DNA of 64,000 nucleotides, from the NCBI GenBank assembly GCA_051047955.1, contig JBPGPT010000006.1:62001-126000 (forward strand), written 5' to 3'. The notes beneath the pieces were generated by a model, which saw only the letters and a list, made by a program, of their open reading frames with translations, did not search any database and was not told where the DNA came from. The DNA comes from Cystobasidiomycetes sp. EMM_F5 (Eukaryota). The translations under genes and the position numbers were made by a program. Within the stretch, counting starts at the first letter, position 1. The number at the start of each line of letters is the position of its first letter. This document shows positions 51,781-64,000 of the stretch, in pieces.

Positions 51781-51785
51781 TTTTT
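51781..51785 (+). terminator. Probable RNA polymerase III terminator (T5)
   Basis: TTTTT beginning 13 nt after the tRNA discriminator base. Confidence 0.65.
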
Positions 51786-52413
51786 GTCGCGTCTAGGAGA
51801 CAACCTTTCCTCTCTCGCAAGCGCCCGTAATTGTATCTTTTTACATGCACATGCGTGTGGGCACATAAGGGACCAGGTCAATGCATGTAGATTGATCTAC
51901 GGAGTACGTCCGGCGCATCCTTCCTCCTGGCCGTAATCGTTGTCTCTTCCCCGCGCCCGGAAGCTATTAGCTGTACGGACAACGCAATGTGTTGTATCGT
52001 GGCGTCTCCGCCATGATGTAGGGATGGACGGTAGTTTGTGGCCGAGTATTTATTCGATAGCTTCTCCACCTACTCATGAGCGTGTACAGTCTCCCCACGC
52101 TGCAGCAGGCTGTCAGCACCAATTGAAACACCCTTTAGTACTTATAAGATGTCATTAGACAAGATTAGGGTATCTTCCGTTGTTAGAAAGTCGGAATGAA
52201 ACTGTTAAGCAGTTCGAGCCAGTCATGTTGCGCGCGTTAGCCACAGTTAGGAGCAGTTCTCGGTTCGCAGAATCTGAGGGTATCGCAGCGATAGCACGGC
52301 TATGCATAAAGATGTACTGACTTCAACCGACAAGTGAGCTACAGGAGGGATCAATCGGAAGAGAAACGAAAAGCAAAAGGCCTATAACATATTACTGCGT
52401 CTATTAAAGTTGA

Positions 52414-55400
52414 TCAATCCACAATCTCCTCCTTAACGCGTGTCACTGCAGGATTTTGTGCTTTACGAGCCAATTGTGCTCTGTAGAGTTCGTTTGCTCT
52501 CGATACGAGGACCCTGATGACAGCCAGACGCTGTAGGCGCAACGCTTCCTGTTTTTTGTCTTCTTCAGAGGTAGCACGGACAGTCATGGCTTCCTCGTCC
52601 TGCTCTCCAATATCGCTGCCGGGAGGGGAGGTAACGACAGAAGGAGAGCGAGTGCGAAGTCGGGATCGCTTGTAGACTGCCTCTTCAGACATGTCATCCT
52701 CGCTTTCGCTTCGACTCTCGCAGTCTTCATAGTCATCTAGGCTGCTCATACGGAACGAACCGACACCCCGGGTAATGTGTGCCAACCGCTCGCCAGTCGA
52801 AGGCCTGCGGAGGACATCGTGCGAAGCAGTTGCTGAAGGGTACAGCTGCCTTGAACTCGTGTGCCTCTTGTGGGAAGAATGCGAAGCAGGCGAAGAAGAC
52901 CCATTTGACAGTGATGGAGAGGAGAAAGTATGATGCGAAGTCGGCAGGGGCTCTGATAGATCGGCGAGCATTGAGCGAAGCGAGGGTAAGCGCACAGAAG
53001 GCGGTGAATGGTGGTCGATAGGGGGTAATTTAACACTTTGCTGCCTCGCTGCAAGGGCACGACGTTGCTCGTCGTCATGCTCATCTTCTGCCGCTGAGGA
53101 CTCCACCTCGTGCTCATCCTCGCTCATCGCGCCAGGGCTTTCGCATCTCATTCGCTCCTCCTCGATTCCATCGTCCTCTACATCACGCTCCGGCTCGTCC
53201 TCGTGTACGGTAGACCGAATACTCGAGACGCCCTGCTTGGGACGGACAGGCTCAACCTCATCATGCAGGAGATGACGAAGAGAAGCAGGAGGAGGGGGAG
53301 CTCTCGAGAGCAGCTGAACATTCTGCATGTGCGGTTCTCGGTGGTAGTCTGGAGCAATGTGTGGTGTCGGGATAGCTCGCGTGTGTTGAAGATAATCAAA
53401 CGATACGGGAGCGACACCAGACCTGTTCGGGTATGACGACCGACCTGCTTGTGCGTGGTGCTGCTGCTGGTGCGGTTGCTGTTGAGCAGGTCGAGGAGCA
53501 TGCGAAGGTAGAGGCTTGATGGGTTTGCTACCCTGCAGATGCGACAATGAAGGGTACATTCCCGCCAATGATGCGGCCAAGTCCGACTTCGCATCATGAT
53601 GTATTGAATCATACGAGAAACTATTTGCTGTAGGTGTGTCGAGTGACGAGGGTGGCAGTTGTGTCCAGTCCTGCAAGGAGGGTGTATGATTTTGATGCTT
53701 GTCATGCGGCATATGCGGCGAGTCATACGGTTGCCCAAACGAAAACAGCAGAGAATTGATATCGTCTATATCAGACTTGGAAATATCCAACGTCCCTTCA
53801 AATGGACTCGTTACACTGCCCGAGTTTGACCGCGGACTGGCATGCGAGTTTGAGGAAGACGAAGAAGATTCATCGGATGGAGAAAGGGTTGCAGAAATGC
53901 CAAGTGGCGGTACTGAGCCGTACGATCCACTGACATTCGATAGAGTATCTGCTGTATTGTCGCCGAAAAGATACGTTGACAGCGAATCGAGCCGATGATC
54001 GACTAAATCGTACGCCGAGGAAACCCGATTAGTACCGCCTCACAAACCCCAATTGCGGACCACTAAAACTCACAAGGCGCCGGATCACTGCTATCAAATC
54101 TCTTCTTCTTGAGCTCGTTCAACAATGCATCCGCTTCTTCTGTAAAGCTCCTCTTTGTCTTGCCCAGTACCGAACCTGTCCTTTCAGCAGGCGAGGCCGA
54201 AGACTGTTGTTGATAGTTTGACGAGGAAGACATGACCGAGGCCGACTGTGAATGAGGCGACAGACGATGCGTCTGCTGTTGCTGCTGCGATTGCTGGTAC
54301 TCATTTCCTAAGTACTGAGGTTGGCCGTTGCCATTCATGTACCGCGCATGCTGCGGCATGGGCGAAGTCGAGTGTTGGTGATAATAACTCGACGACGAAG
54401 CTGGAGATGCGCCTGCAGAAGACGGTGCCGCAGAGTCGTAGCGATGCGCATTAGGGTGCTGAAGGTGATTGACGACTGGCTTGTTCTCTACTCCTCCTAA
54501 ATCATGCAGACTTGGATACAAACCGCCGTTTGTTGATGGTTGGTGTTGTTGGGTAGCCATGACGGAGGGAGACTTTGAGTAATCTGGATGGTTGGACATT
54601 GGCGATGGACCAAGATGTGATGGTTGAGCAGCTTGATAGGGATTCTTCATCTGCTGACCGTAGCTCCCGTGGGGAAAGATGCTAGGGACGAGGACGTTTT
54701 GGTGTTGTGGCTGCAGCTGCTGATGCATTGCAGCTAAAACAGAAGGATGCTGTTGTCCAGCCTGATAGGATAGTTGAGGGGCACCGGGCATAGCAGCTGG
54801 CATTCCCATCAGCTGAGCTGCCACTGCATTCAGACGCTGTTGCTGAATCAGTAATTCTGCCAGTCCAGCTTGCTGCTCTGGCATGATGGGATACCCGTAT
54901 GGATACGGTAACATGTATGGGTTGAGGTATCCCTGCATCCCAGCTTGCGCTGCTGCTGCAACGGCAAGAGCGGCTGTAGGGTCTACGCCTAGTTGATTTG
55001 GCAAGACATGGGGTTGATGCTGCTGCTGATGCTGTTGCGCTTGTTGGTGGTGTGACTGCATCTGCGTAGCGGCTATAGCGTGCTGTAGTGAGTGATGCTG
55101 CCCGATAGCTGCATGATCGGCAGTAGGATGTGTCGAGGCATTGGTCGCAGTAGACTGCTTGGACGTCGGTACACCACTCGATGGGGCTACCGTAATTGCC
55201 TTGGACTGCTTGTGCCTCACGTGATGCTCTTCAGTGTGAATCTTTTCGTGCTTTCGCAAATCTTGCGGTCGCTTGAAGGCCTTGGCGCACGTCTTGAGAG
55301 GTCAAAAGTCGTCAGCTAGTGCGTCGCTGAATGATGGACAAACGCGCTCACCTCGCATGCATGTGGTTTGAGCGGTGTGTGGACTGCAGATACGTACACA

Positions 55401-55912
55401 ATGTCAGCTTTCTGTCGAAACTGTCATCCTCGGATGCGGATGTCTCGGGACTGGGCGGGATGGCGTGGGAGGAGAAACGAGGGTAGTGCGAGTGATGGAT
55501 GCCTATTGTACACTGTATGCGCTGTATCCGCTGTACATGTGTGCTTGAATGAGCTCCAAAGCTGCCCAATCTTCAGACCCGGAATGGGCTTGGCGGATCC
55601 AAACCAAGTGCAAGATGCAGGATTTCGAAGGGTATTACGACATGCCATGTCCGAGTGCATCCACACCGTCCAATCAATTCTTGCCCACTCACCCCTCATA
55701 TGGCTCGTTATGTGGTCCCTCTTTGCGCAGGTCACCGCACACCCCCTCCATTGGCAGGTCAGGTTGAGGTTGTTTGTGCTCTTCCTGCCCACATGGGCGT
55801 CGCATAAATGTCGGAAAAGGTCCTCTGGGACGTCGTAGCTGTCGCTGCATCCCTCCCATTGGCACACGAGCCCGGCGGGCGCTGGCTTCCTTTCGTCAGC
55901 GTCGTCGGGCAT
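52414..55912 (-). CDS. RIM101: pH-response C2H2 transcription factor PacC/Rim101
   Basis: [70 protein letters not shown]; two YPSL motifs; acidic C-terminal region. Confidence 0.94.
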
Positions 55913-56165
55913 CCTGAGTGAGACTTGGTTGAATATTGTGTCTTGTAATGGATATATTGTTGTATATTGTGTTGTGTCTTTGTACTGCCCTTGTCTTCTC
56001 GCCCTGTCGCCCTCTTCCCAACTTGTGCCTCTCCCTTCTCTCTGTCAGAGCTGCTGACCCTCTCTGCCTTGGCATTTCTGCGAGCCAAGCGATCCAGCGA
56101 TTCCGGCTGGGCGATGTGGCAACTGATTATGTAAGCCTTGATTATGTAATACACCACGACTACGA

Positions 56166-58178
56166 CTACATCCTCGCAGCAGCGTACGCAGAGTAGGCAG
56201 TGCGCGACTTTACGCGGTCAACGTCGTGCACGCTCACATCCCGGCATTCACATCCAAAGTTGTACCCGAGTCGAGCACGACCGTCAGGCTGAGAGTGCGT
56301 GTCGTCGTAGAAGGGGGGACGCTTAAACAGCCCCACGACGCACGAGCCACCCAGTCCGAGATTGTGCAGCATCGCATACGCTTCCCTCTTCTCCCCCTCG
56401 CTCATCGTCACTTGCATCGCCCCAGACCATCCTCGCAGTTGCGTGACGAGGTAAAAGACATTGCCGAGTCCGGTAGCGCCCAAAGGATGCCCTTTCGACT
56501 CTAGTCCCCCGCTGGGATTGATGACGTGTCGCCCGCCATAGGTGTTGTCACCTCGGCGGACGAGCTCGTGCGCTTTGCCAGGTGGGGTCAGTCCGAGCGA
56601 GTCGTACAGTAGGAGCTGCGTCTACGTCAGTACTCTCCACAATAACCTTCCACACGAGAAGGACTGACCTCGTTCGCCGCAAAGCAGTCGTGACACTCAA
56701 TCACTCTGATCCGAGCGTCTCCAGGACTAATCCCCGCTTGTTTGTAAGCACTCGCAGCAGCCCGACGCGTCATGTCTGCACCAGTAAGTTCAATCGCACT
56801 CTTCTCAAACAGCTTCGTAGAGTCCGTCGTCATGGCTAATGCGGCACTGCGATTCCGAAAATCAGTATGATGCACACTCTAGGCAGTCTCCAACGTACAT
56901 TTCAATAGCCTGGTTTTGGAGGTTGTGAGACATCACAAACTCCTCACTGGCAACAATTGCGCATGCCCCACCGTCGCTGTATTTGCGGCATGAGCTGCAA
57001 TTTATTTCCATTTTGGACTTGACTTACGAAGTAGGGCAGCACATTGCTCTCGTGAGCTAGTAAGCAGCACGTCAGTTGTACCTCTGAATATATCTGAAAG
57101 TCACTAAACCTCACATGTTGTGTTACCTTGCCATCCTGCAGGACCTGCTCCACAGTCATAGGGTTCCTAAACTGTGAATACGGATTATTGACTGAATGCA
57201 TGTGATTCTACCGACATCATCGTCAGTTCATCCTTATTCGCCGTCCTTTCTGTGAACGTTAAACAAACACACCTTGGAAGCAATAGCGGCGATATCCCTC
57301 CACGTCGCTCCATACTTTTCCACATACTCCTGTCCGCCATTCCCAAAAATCTGAGCAGCAAAAGGTCCTTTCTGCAGACCCTCAGTCTCATTCATCATAC
57401 TCAACGTCCGGTCGAGTGGGTTGGTACGGTCCTTGTATGTGCTGCCGAGCGATCCAGCAGACATCTTTTCAAACCCTAGTGCCATGCAGCACTCGATTGA
57501 CCCGCTAGATACCATTTGATGTGCTAGATAGAGAGCGCTGAGTGAAACACGCAACTTGAGCTTACGTGCTGCAACTTGTTGCGCTCAGTTGGCTTGTCGC
57601 ACCTGGAGCCGGTAGAGCAATTGCTGAGTTGGGTAAACGAAAGTCAGCCAGCGGTAGCAATCGGCCGTAGGAACAGTAGGATCACTTTTTGACGTTGATC
57701 TGAGAATTGTATCCATCAACACCGTCTTCGCGTTGTCAACAATCAGTGCACCACATACAATCGGGATCTGAGTCATGCCGAGTGCATACAGTGCTCGCTG
57801 TCCGCATGTGGAGTCTGTACATATGTCTTTATCAGTGCTTCCTCCATAAAAATGACATGCGCTAAGGTAGCCATACCGCCATAGCAATCTGTTCTCGTCT
57901 CCGCAAGTCAGCCACCTGGTCATCTTACCCTTTCAGTATATATCCTTACAACCAACGTAGGCTTGTTCGATATCATCATACCTAACCTCTGACCTAATCA
58001 GCAATGTTGCAGAACATGCGAATGTAAGAGATGAGACGCACGTAATGCCAGCATCCAATAATGCTTTTGTAGCAGCTTGGAGACCTAATTCCTCGTACCC
58101 TATCCGATTCCGAGGCTTCTCATACGCCGTCTTGCCGACCCCGATAATGTACGTCTTGCGTTTATTGCTATTGCCCAT
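56166..58178 (-). CDS. SCPx-type thiolase (no fused SCP2 domain seen)
   Basis: Spliced [81 protein letters not shown]; ends ARM*. Confidence 0.92.
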
Positions 58179-58765
58179 GTCTATGATCTCATTTATTCTT
58201 TGTGATGTTGTCCCGGCCAAATGATTGCCGGACTCGCAGCTGCCCAGGGTGCTCAATTGCCGTACGCTGTTGTGATGAGGAGTAGACTGTTTGAGGTAAG
58301 TGGACTTGTGTATCAGAATCAAGAAGCAAGAATTGATTTAGCGTTGGCCGTAGTCGGAACTTAGGCGACATGATCCCAAACCGACTTGTGCAAGTCCTGT
58401 GTGAGGAACCATTGAAACGAAACATACGAGTCGGCAAGCCAGACGTAGCCATGGTGAATGTATGGATCGTGCATTATAGACATGTTTAGTATAATGCGCT
58501 ATTGGACAGAGCAGCGTCTATCTACATGACATTAAACGTGCATTGTACGCATACACGGATTGATATCTGCGCGCTGCGATTGACGCAAGCGAGCGATGAC
58601 GAGGTTGAATAGAATGAGAGTGGTATACACATTACTGAACTTGCTTTTGCGAGACAAGGTGTTCGTCGGTGTAGAACACTGTTTGCGAATTTGCAGGCCT
58701 TACAGAAGAAGGCGGAAGGGGAATAGAGGGGCTACAGAAAGAGAAGTCCTGAAGTTTTAGCACCT

Positions 58766-61700
58766 TCAATGCTTTGGCTTCTTCTTGTTGTTTGCAAGCG
58801 ATTCTTCCGAATGTACTTTATTGTGGAAGTGCCAGTCCGGATCAGACTCCTTCTTTGGCCTTGCTCCGAAACCGACGCAAGGGACGATGGTTGACAACCA
58901 CGGATCGATCTCGTCTTCGTCTTCTTGGCCTTTTTCGCCGCCGCGCAGAAGGTCCGCAAAACTGCAACGCAGCTTAGCATCCAGGGTTAACATTCTCGTA
59001 AGGCAATTACGAGTCTCGCGAGGAAGTAGTCGAAAGATGGAGTCTGCCGCTCCAGTCTGGAACGTCCGCTGCGAATTCATAGAGTCGACAGTGTGCCTCG
59101 ATAGCGAGGTCTTGACGGACATGGTCGAATTGGCTCGCTTGCGGCCGTGCTCGGCAAGCGCAGCAGACACATTCAGTGGAAGAGCACCAGCTCCGTTCTT
59201 GCCTGGCAGAGGGACATTGCCGTACAAAGGCGAAGATGGGCTTAGGATAGTCTCTGCAGAGGCGACCGACCGCTCGCTGAGAATACTCTTGACTTTCTGC
59301 GCTGCTACTTCCGGCGGAAGATCGGCTACAGTCTGGAATACTGAGCTACCCTCGAGCTGCTTATCGAGAGCGTGGTTATTCTGCCCGTCGCCACGAGCGT
59401 TGCGAATGCTGCCGGGGCTGCTCGGGAAGACTGAAGACATGGGCGATTCCGATGTAGGGGTAGACGCATCAGATGGACGACGATGCATAGGATCGCGCTC
59501 TGGTGCATCTCGCGATGGTGGACGAGAGGGAAGGACAGCGTCCGCCAGACCACCGATAGGGAATGAATCCAAAGTGGAAGCCGACTGCGGGACTCTGCGT
59601 CCACTGCGTCCGCCTGGGGACGTCATAGGCTGTCGTTCTTGCGACGATGAGCCATCGCTTGTGCTGCTGTTAGTAGCGATAGTACTGCTTCGACTTCGGC
59701 CGCTTGTATCGGACTTTGCCGACATTGCTCCTGGGGATTCCACTTGGGATAGCGGTGTGATGTGGAGACCGTCCACCTTGCGGCGGACTGCATCTGCACT
59801 GTCGGTCTGGAAAATGTTTTGTTTGCCGTCAGCTTCTTTCGATGCTGGACGGGACGAAGCCGCAGTGGAGTAACTACTAACAGATGCAGATGACGAAGAC
59901 ATGGTAGACTGCGAACGATCAGACCCTGCTCCGATCGAATCTTTGTGCTTCTGATGTTGCGAAGAGGGCGACTGGGGCATAGCGCCCTTGCTCTTGCTAC
60001 TGACGCTCGTGTGTATCGACGAGCCATCTATCTCGCATAACTCTGGATGTGAGGTAACATATAATCTGTAGGATGGATCGAGCTTGATGTCCGGAATCTT
60101 CCAGGGGAATCTTCGCAGTATCATGCACATAAATATGATAGCCACACTCCATACGTCCGCCAGGCGTGGATCGTAGTCAGGCTTGTGCAGTACTTCCGGA
60201 GCGAGGTAGGGGTCAGAGCCTACCACACCAGTTGCTCTGGTAGGCAGCTGGTCGGGATAGCGGAACACAGTGGCTGTACCGAAATCGATGATCTTGACAG
60301 TTGCGTCGGTATTCATAACGCAATTATCCAGCTTGAGATCGCGGTGAGCGAGTCCCATCTCGTGTAGATAATCAACTCCGGCAACAATCTGCTTGAAGAC
60401 ACAGAAGATTTCTGGTCGTGTCATTTTGCCAGACATGACTACGCTAAATAGATCGTATTCAGCATACTCCATGACCTCGTAGTAATGGCCGTGATCGCAG
60501 ATGATGTCGACAGTCTCAATGATGTTGGGATGATGCAGGGTCGATCTGTCAAGGGGAAATGGAACTGTTTCAGCTTGCCTCTGCCACTCTAGCTACCGTA
60601 CTCACCCAATGCAAAACTCGGCCGTTACCTTCTTTTGGTACTCCTTCTCGTTCTCTCCGGCTCGGCGCTGCCTAAACTCCTTAACCGCATACACTGTCTG
60701 ATCTTTGGGTCGTCGGACAAGTCTGACTGTACCTCCTGCACCTGATCCAAGAATCTTATCCCACTTGCCGTACTTCTTTTGCAGATGCGCGTGATCTTCT
60801 CCTAGAGGCGGAGAGGACTTGCGAGATGGGGCATTTGATCCTCGTCCGAACGAGGAGGAAGATCTCTGGCGATGGGGCCGCTCTGAAACCACTGGAACAG
60901 GGGCAACGGGATGATCGTCCACAGCGCTCATTGCTAGGCCTTTGGCACTGACCCTGCTCGCTTTTGGGGTGAGATGACCGGGCGTAGGTGGAACGGAATG
61001 TTCCGGAGAGCCTGCTTGAGAAGCCGCTTGCGATCTGCCCCATTTGCTGGTAGAGTGTCCAGATCCATGGCCATTATCGTGCGTGATGTGAGTCTTGAGG
61101 AAACGGCGCAGATCTTGGAGTGGCCCTGAGCCCCGAGTATTGACGCGTGTAACGGAAGGTGAAGCTACGGGTGTAGCAATATCTTTCAGATTGTCGTGTA
61201 CAGCCTGGGAGAGCGCATCTTGACGTCCAGCAGTGCGAGGTCGACCAGGGGCAGAACCTCCAGCAGATGAAGGAGGTATAGCGCTATCGGGGCCAGCCGA
61301 AGGATGTGCGCTGGACAAAGCGCCAGTCGATCGTACAGAGGATGTGGATAGTGGAGCTAGACGCTGCACGTCTTGAGACGACTGTCTTCGTGCACCTATC
61401 CTAGGAAACATAAATTGTGGCGGAGTCGCTGTTCCACCAGGAGTAGTCATTCCAGATCCAGCGCGGGGCGGTAAGAAAGAATGATAATCTTCAAGAGCGC
61501 TGAGTGCTTCTGCGTTTCCTGTTCCTCCAGCAAGATAGGAGTTGCTTCTGCTGCCCGGTCTCGACGTGTTGTGTGTTGCGGGAGAAGCGGGCACCGAATT
61601 CTCTGGAGATTCCACATCTGCACCATAAGAGAACGTCGAGAGATTGGACGACATTCGTGGTCGTGAGGATGAGACTGGGTGTGCCGATGTCGGGCCAACG

Positions 61701-62017
61701 GATGCCGCGGCACCTGGACCGGCATGCGAACCGGCGTTGACTGGTGCTGCTGATGGAATGATAGGCGCAAGGTGAGGTTTGTGAGATGGGGAAGTGGGCG
61801 CTGTAGGACTAGTTGCTCCATTTGTGCCAGCGGAGGGAAGTGTTCCGGTAAACGAAGCGTGCTGGGTGACGTTGTGCGTGGGTCCCCCGACGATGCCCAT
61901 ATGATGGGACTCTGCATGACCCAGGTCTTCTCCGCCTTCCAAAGGACTCTTAACTCTTGTCGCAGCTGCAGCCGGGACTCCCAGCTGCTGAACCCGTTGT
62001 TGCTGATTATCACTCAT
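58766..62017 (-). CDS. Ser/Thr protein kinase of the HAL/NPR (Hrk1/Ptk2/Sat4-like) family
   Basis: [70 protein letters not shown]; large insert in the C-lobe. Confidence 0.92.
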
Positions 62018-63182
62018 GCCGGGCCGCTGGCTGGAAACGGTGACAAAGGCGTGCGGTCGATACGGTGAAAGCTTTTCGGTGCTTTGGTGCTGTCACTGGC
62101 TGCAGTCGTACGTTCTTGCTGAATCTGCCTAGTCCTTCTTTCCCTCCAGCCTGTTTCGCTGCTGCTCTCAGCTATCTCCAAGCCCTTGCCCAAGGCCTAA
62201 GCGGAGGCGGGAAACCTATCCCAGAAAGACACGAGCAGCATTAGCACCACCTACCAGCTGAATCTCCACTGCACACTCACCAAAGCTCGCACAATGTTGA
62301 CAGATTTCCAGCTCGTTTGCCCGCTGGCCAATCGCTCGGGGAAGAAAAGAGCTGCTGCTGCGGGGAACGTAGCTGATATTTGTGTACAGCCGTCAACGAG
62401 CTGCGATTCCAGCTGATGCGTCGACTGTGATGCTGCGTATGCTCGGCAGTTTCGTACTTGGAATCTTTTCATACAAAACAAACAAGCCTGTCCTCGTTAT
62501 GGCATCCTCGCTGCATCGCCCGTCATCGGCAAAGCTTCGAGACCGACCCTTATAAATCACCGCAACACGGCATGTCAAATAACGCACAACTGCAAACTTG
62601 TACAGGTACATATGCCAGCACAGCCTGCCACTGATTTCTATGCAGGACTCGCGCCGAGAGTCGCGGTCTTTCGAAAATCCAGCAAGGTATCGGTCATTTC
62701 CGTGGCGGCAGTGAAGTCACTTTAAATGAGATAGAATGCTGCAAAGGTGCAGTCGTTTGGTAAGCAGCTAACGACAACAACGTTTATATTGTTCGTCTTT
62801 GCAGCTGATGTGGTAGAAGTAAAAGTAGCAAAGTTGCTACGAGATGTCTGAAATGGAAAGGGAATCAAGAAACGGCAACGTGCCATGGCTAGCCTTGATA
62901 TCATTGTGATGTATGCCAAGGTCTCCAGTGAAACCGGTACAGTTCGATAAGATGCTTTGCGACGCTGCTTATGAAGATTGCCTCGGTCTCGAGATACGAA
63001 GACGTGAGAGCGTGCGTCCTCCTGGTCATGGCGAGTCAGGATGACTGGTTAGTACGTCCTCCCTGGCGACCTCCAGTTCATCGGAGTCCGCCTCGCGAGG
63101 AGGAAGAGAGCGCATGCGCTCGAATGTCGCCTGTAATCATATGAAATGTAGCGCTTCAGATGATGATAACGCAAACAGCGAC

Positions 63183-63428
63183 TCATGCAAATACCCGGTC
63201 GATAGCTCTCAACGAAGCGCCTGCTGCCTTAAGGCATTGAATGCCATCGGCTATCCTGCCGGCCGCTGCCGTGCATAGTCTGGCGGACGCTGCATCGTTC
63301 GCACTCATCGAGGTCATGTAGAGGGTGTTGGCCGCCTCCAGCGCTCGAATAGATAACTTGGTTGCGATATTCAATGAGGCGCTGGTCTCTAGTACTGGAC
63401 AAGGCTCGGTAGATTTCTTGTTGCTCAT
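63183..63428 (-). CDS. Possible small hypothetical protein
   Basis: Short Ala-rich, helical-looking ORF from ATG 63428; no recognisable motif. Confidence 0.2.
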   Translation of the reverse strand: MSNKKSTEPCPVLETSASLNIATKLSIRALEAANTLYMTSMSANDAASARLCTAAAGRIADGIQCLKAAGASLRAIDRVFA

Positions 63429-64000
63429 CGTCGACCTGTCCGTGATGTAAAGCGTGTACTGTGTTGACTGGCACTGGCTTGTGTGCTGCAAGTTCGAACT
63501 CGTCGTCAGCGTCATAGATGCTCCAATGGATGCAGTGTGACCTACAGAATGTCTGCTGTATCTCCCCGTGTCGCACTACTGGTCAGTGAAAACTGAGGTC
63601 CGACGATTCTGCTCCGAACCAGATGATTGAGTAATGCGTTACATGATTTCCTGTAACACCAGAACAGGATAATGGACGCCTTCGAAGATTTCTTTGCCAA
63701 GAGCGCGTGTTGACACCATGTGGGCAGCGCCATCGCCGCTGAGATTCACACCTCGATGTTTTGGCTACTTTACCAGTAGCAGCTTCGCTTGATGGTAGCC
63801 AGCTTTTGAGGCACTGGTGGTTACTGGGGACTAGCTTGACACAGACAATGCTTTGTCGATTAACAATTATATGGGCTTACTGGCGGACTGCTAGACAGCA
63901 TGGAACCTTCGCGTAGGGCCTTAAGTTGCCCGGAGTCGCAAACAGCGACATCTGCGGTATCGGAGTGCTGCGCTGCATGTAATATGAAAAAGATTCGTAT

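Noticed and set aside
36634..55912. VTA1, LSB5 and RIM101 as an ESCRT/pH-signalling cluster
   Set aside because: They are separated by unrelated housekeeping genes; chance proximity is sufficient.
58785..59873. 362-aa + strand ORF
   Set aside because: Antisense shadow of the kinase coding exon with no motif of its own; the same applies to most short ORFs in the track.
1..64000. CRISPR arrays, transposons, rRNA, prokaryotic operons
   Set aside because: No repeat-spacer arrays, transposase/RT motifs, terminal repeats or rRNA signatures were seen; the sequence is eukaryotic.

Overview
Compact, intron-rich eukaryotic DNA (introns mostly ~45-65 nt, GT..CTRAC..YAG). It is clearly fungal; a basidiomycete yeast is my inference from gene content and intron style. 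About 25 protein genes were reconstructed by joining ORF fragments across introns. They include CAP2, an HVA22/REEP protein, LSC1, two lipases, PUS4, a TRAF-like RING protein, an F-box/LRR protein, SEC59 and a heparinase II/III-like lyase. Next come three tandem PHO85-type CDK genes, a SAM methyltransferase, VTA1, LSB5, SKI2, BST1, LTP1, PacC/RIM101, an SCPx-type thiolase and a HAL/HRK1-type kinase. The most striking feature is an otherwise well-formed initiator tRNA-Met gene (51644-51768). It is interrupted in the D-loop by a 52-nt insert that carries all three spliceosomal intron signals (GTGTGT, ACTAAC, TGCAG). Also notable are two PHO85 paralogs with rewritten PSTAIRE and T-loop motifs, a Cys/His/Gln papain-like (Cif-like) candidate gene inside that cluster, and a highly base-paired gene-free region near 33.9-34.65 kb that may be a large ncRNA. 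Exon boundaries were read by eye and are approximate; no searches were run.
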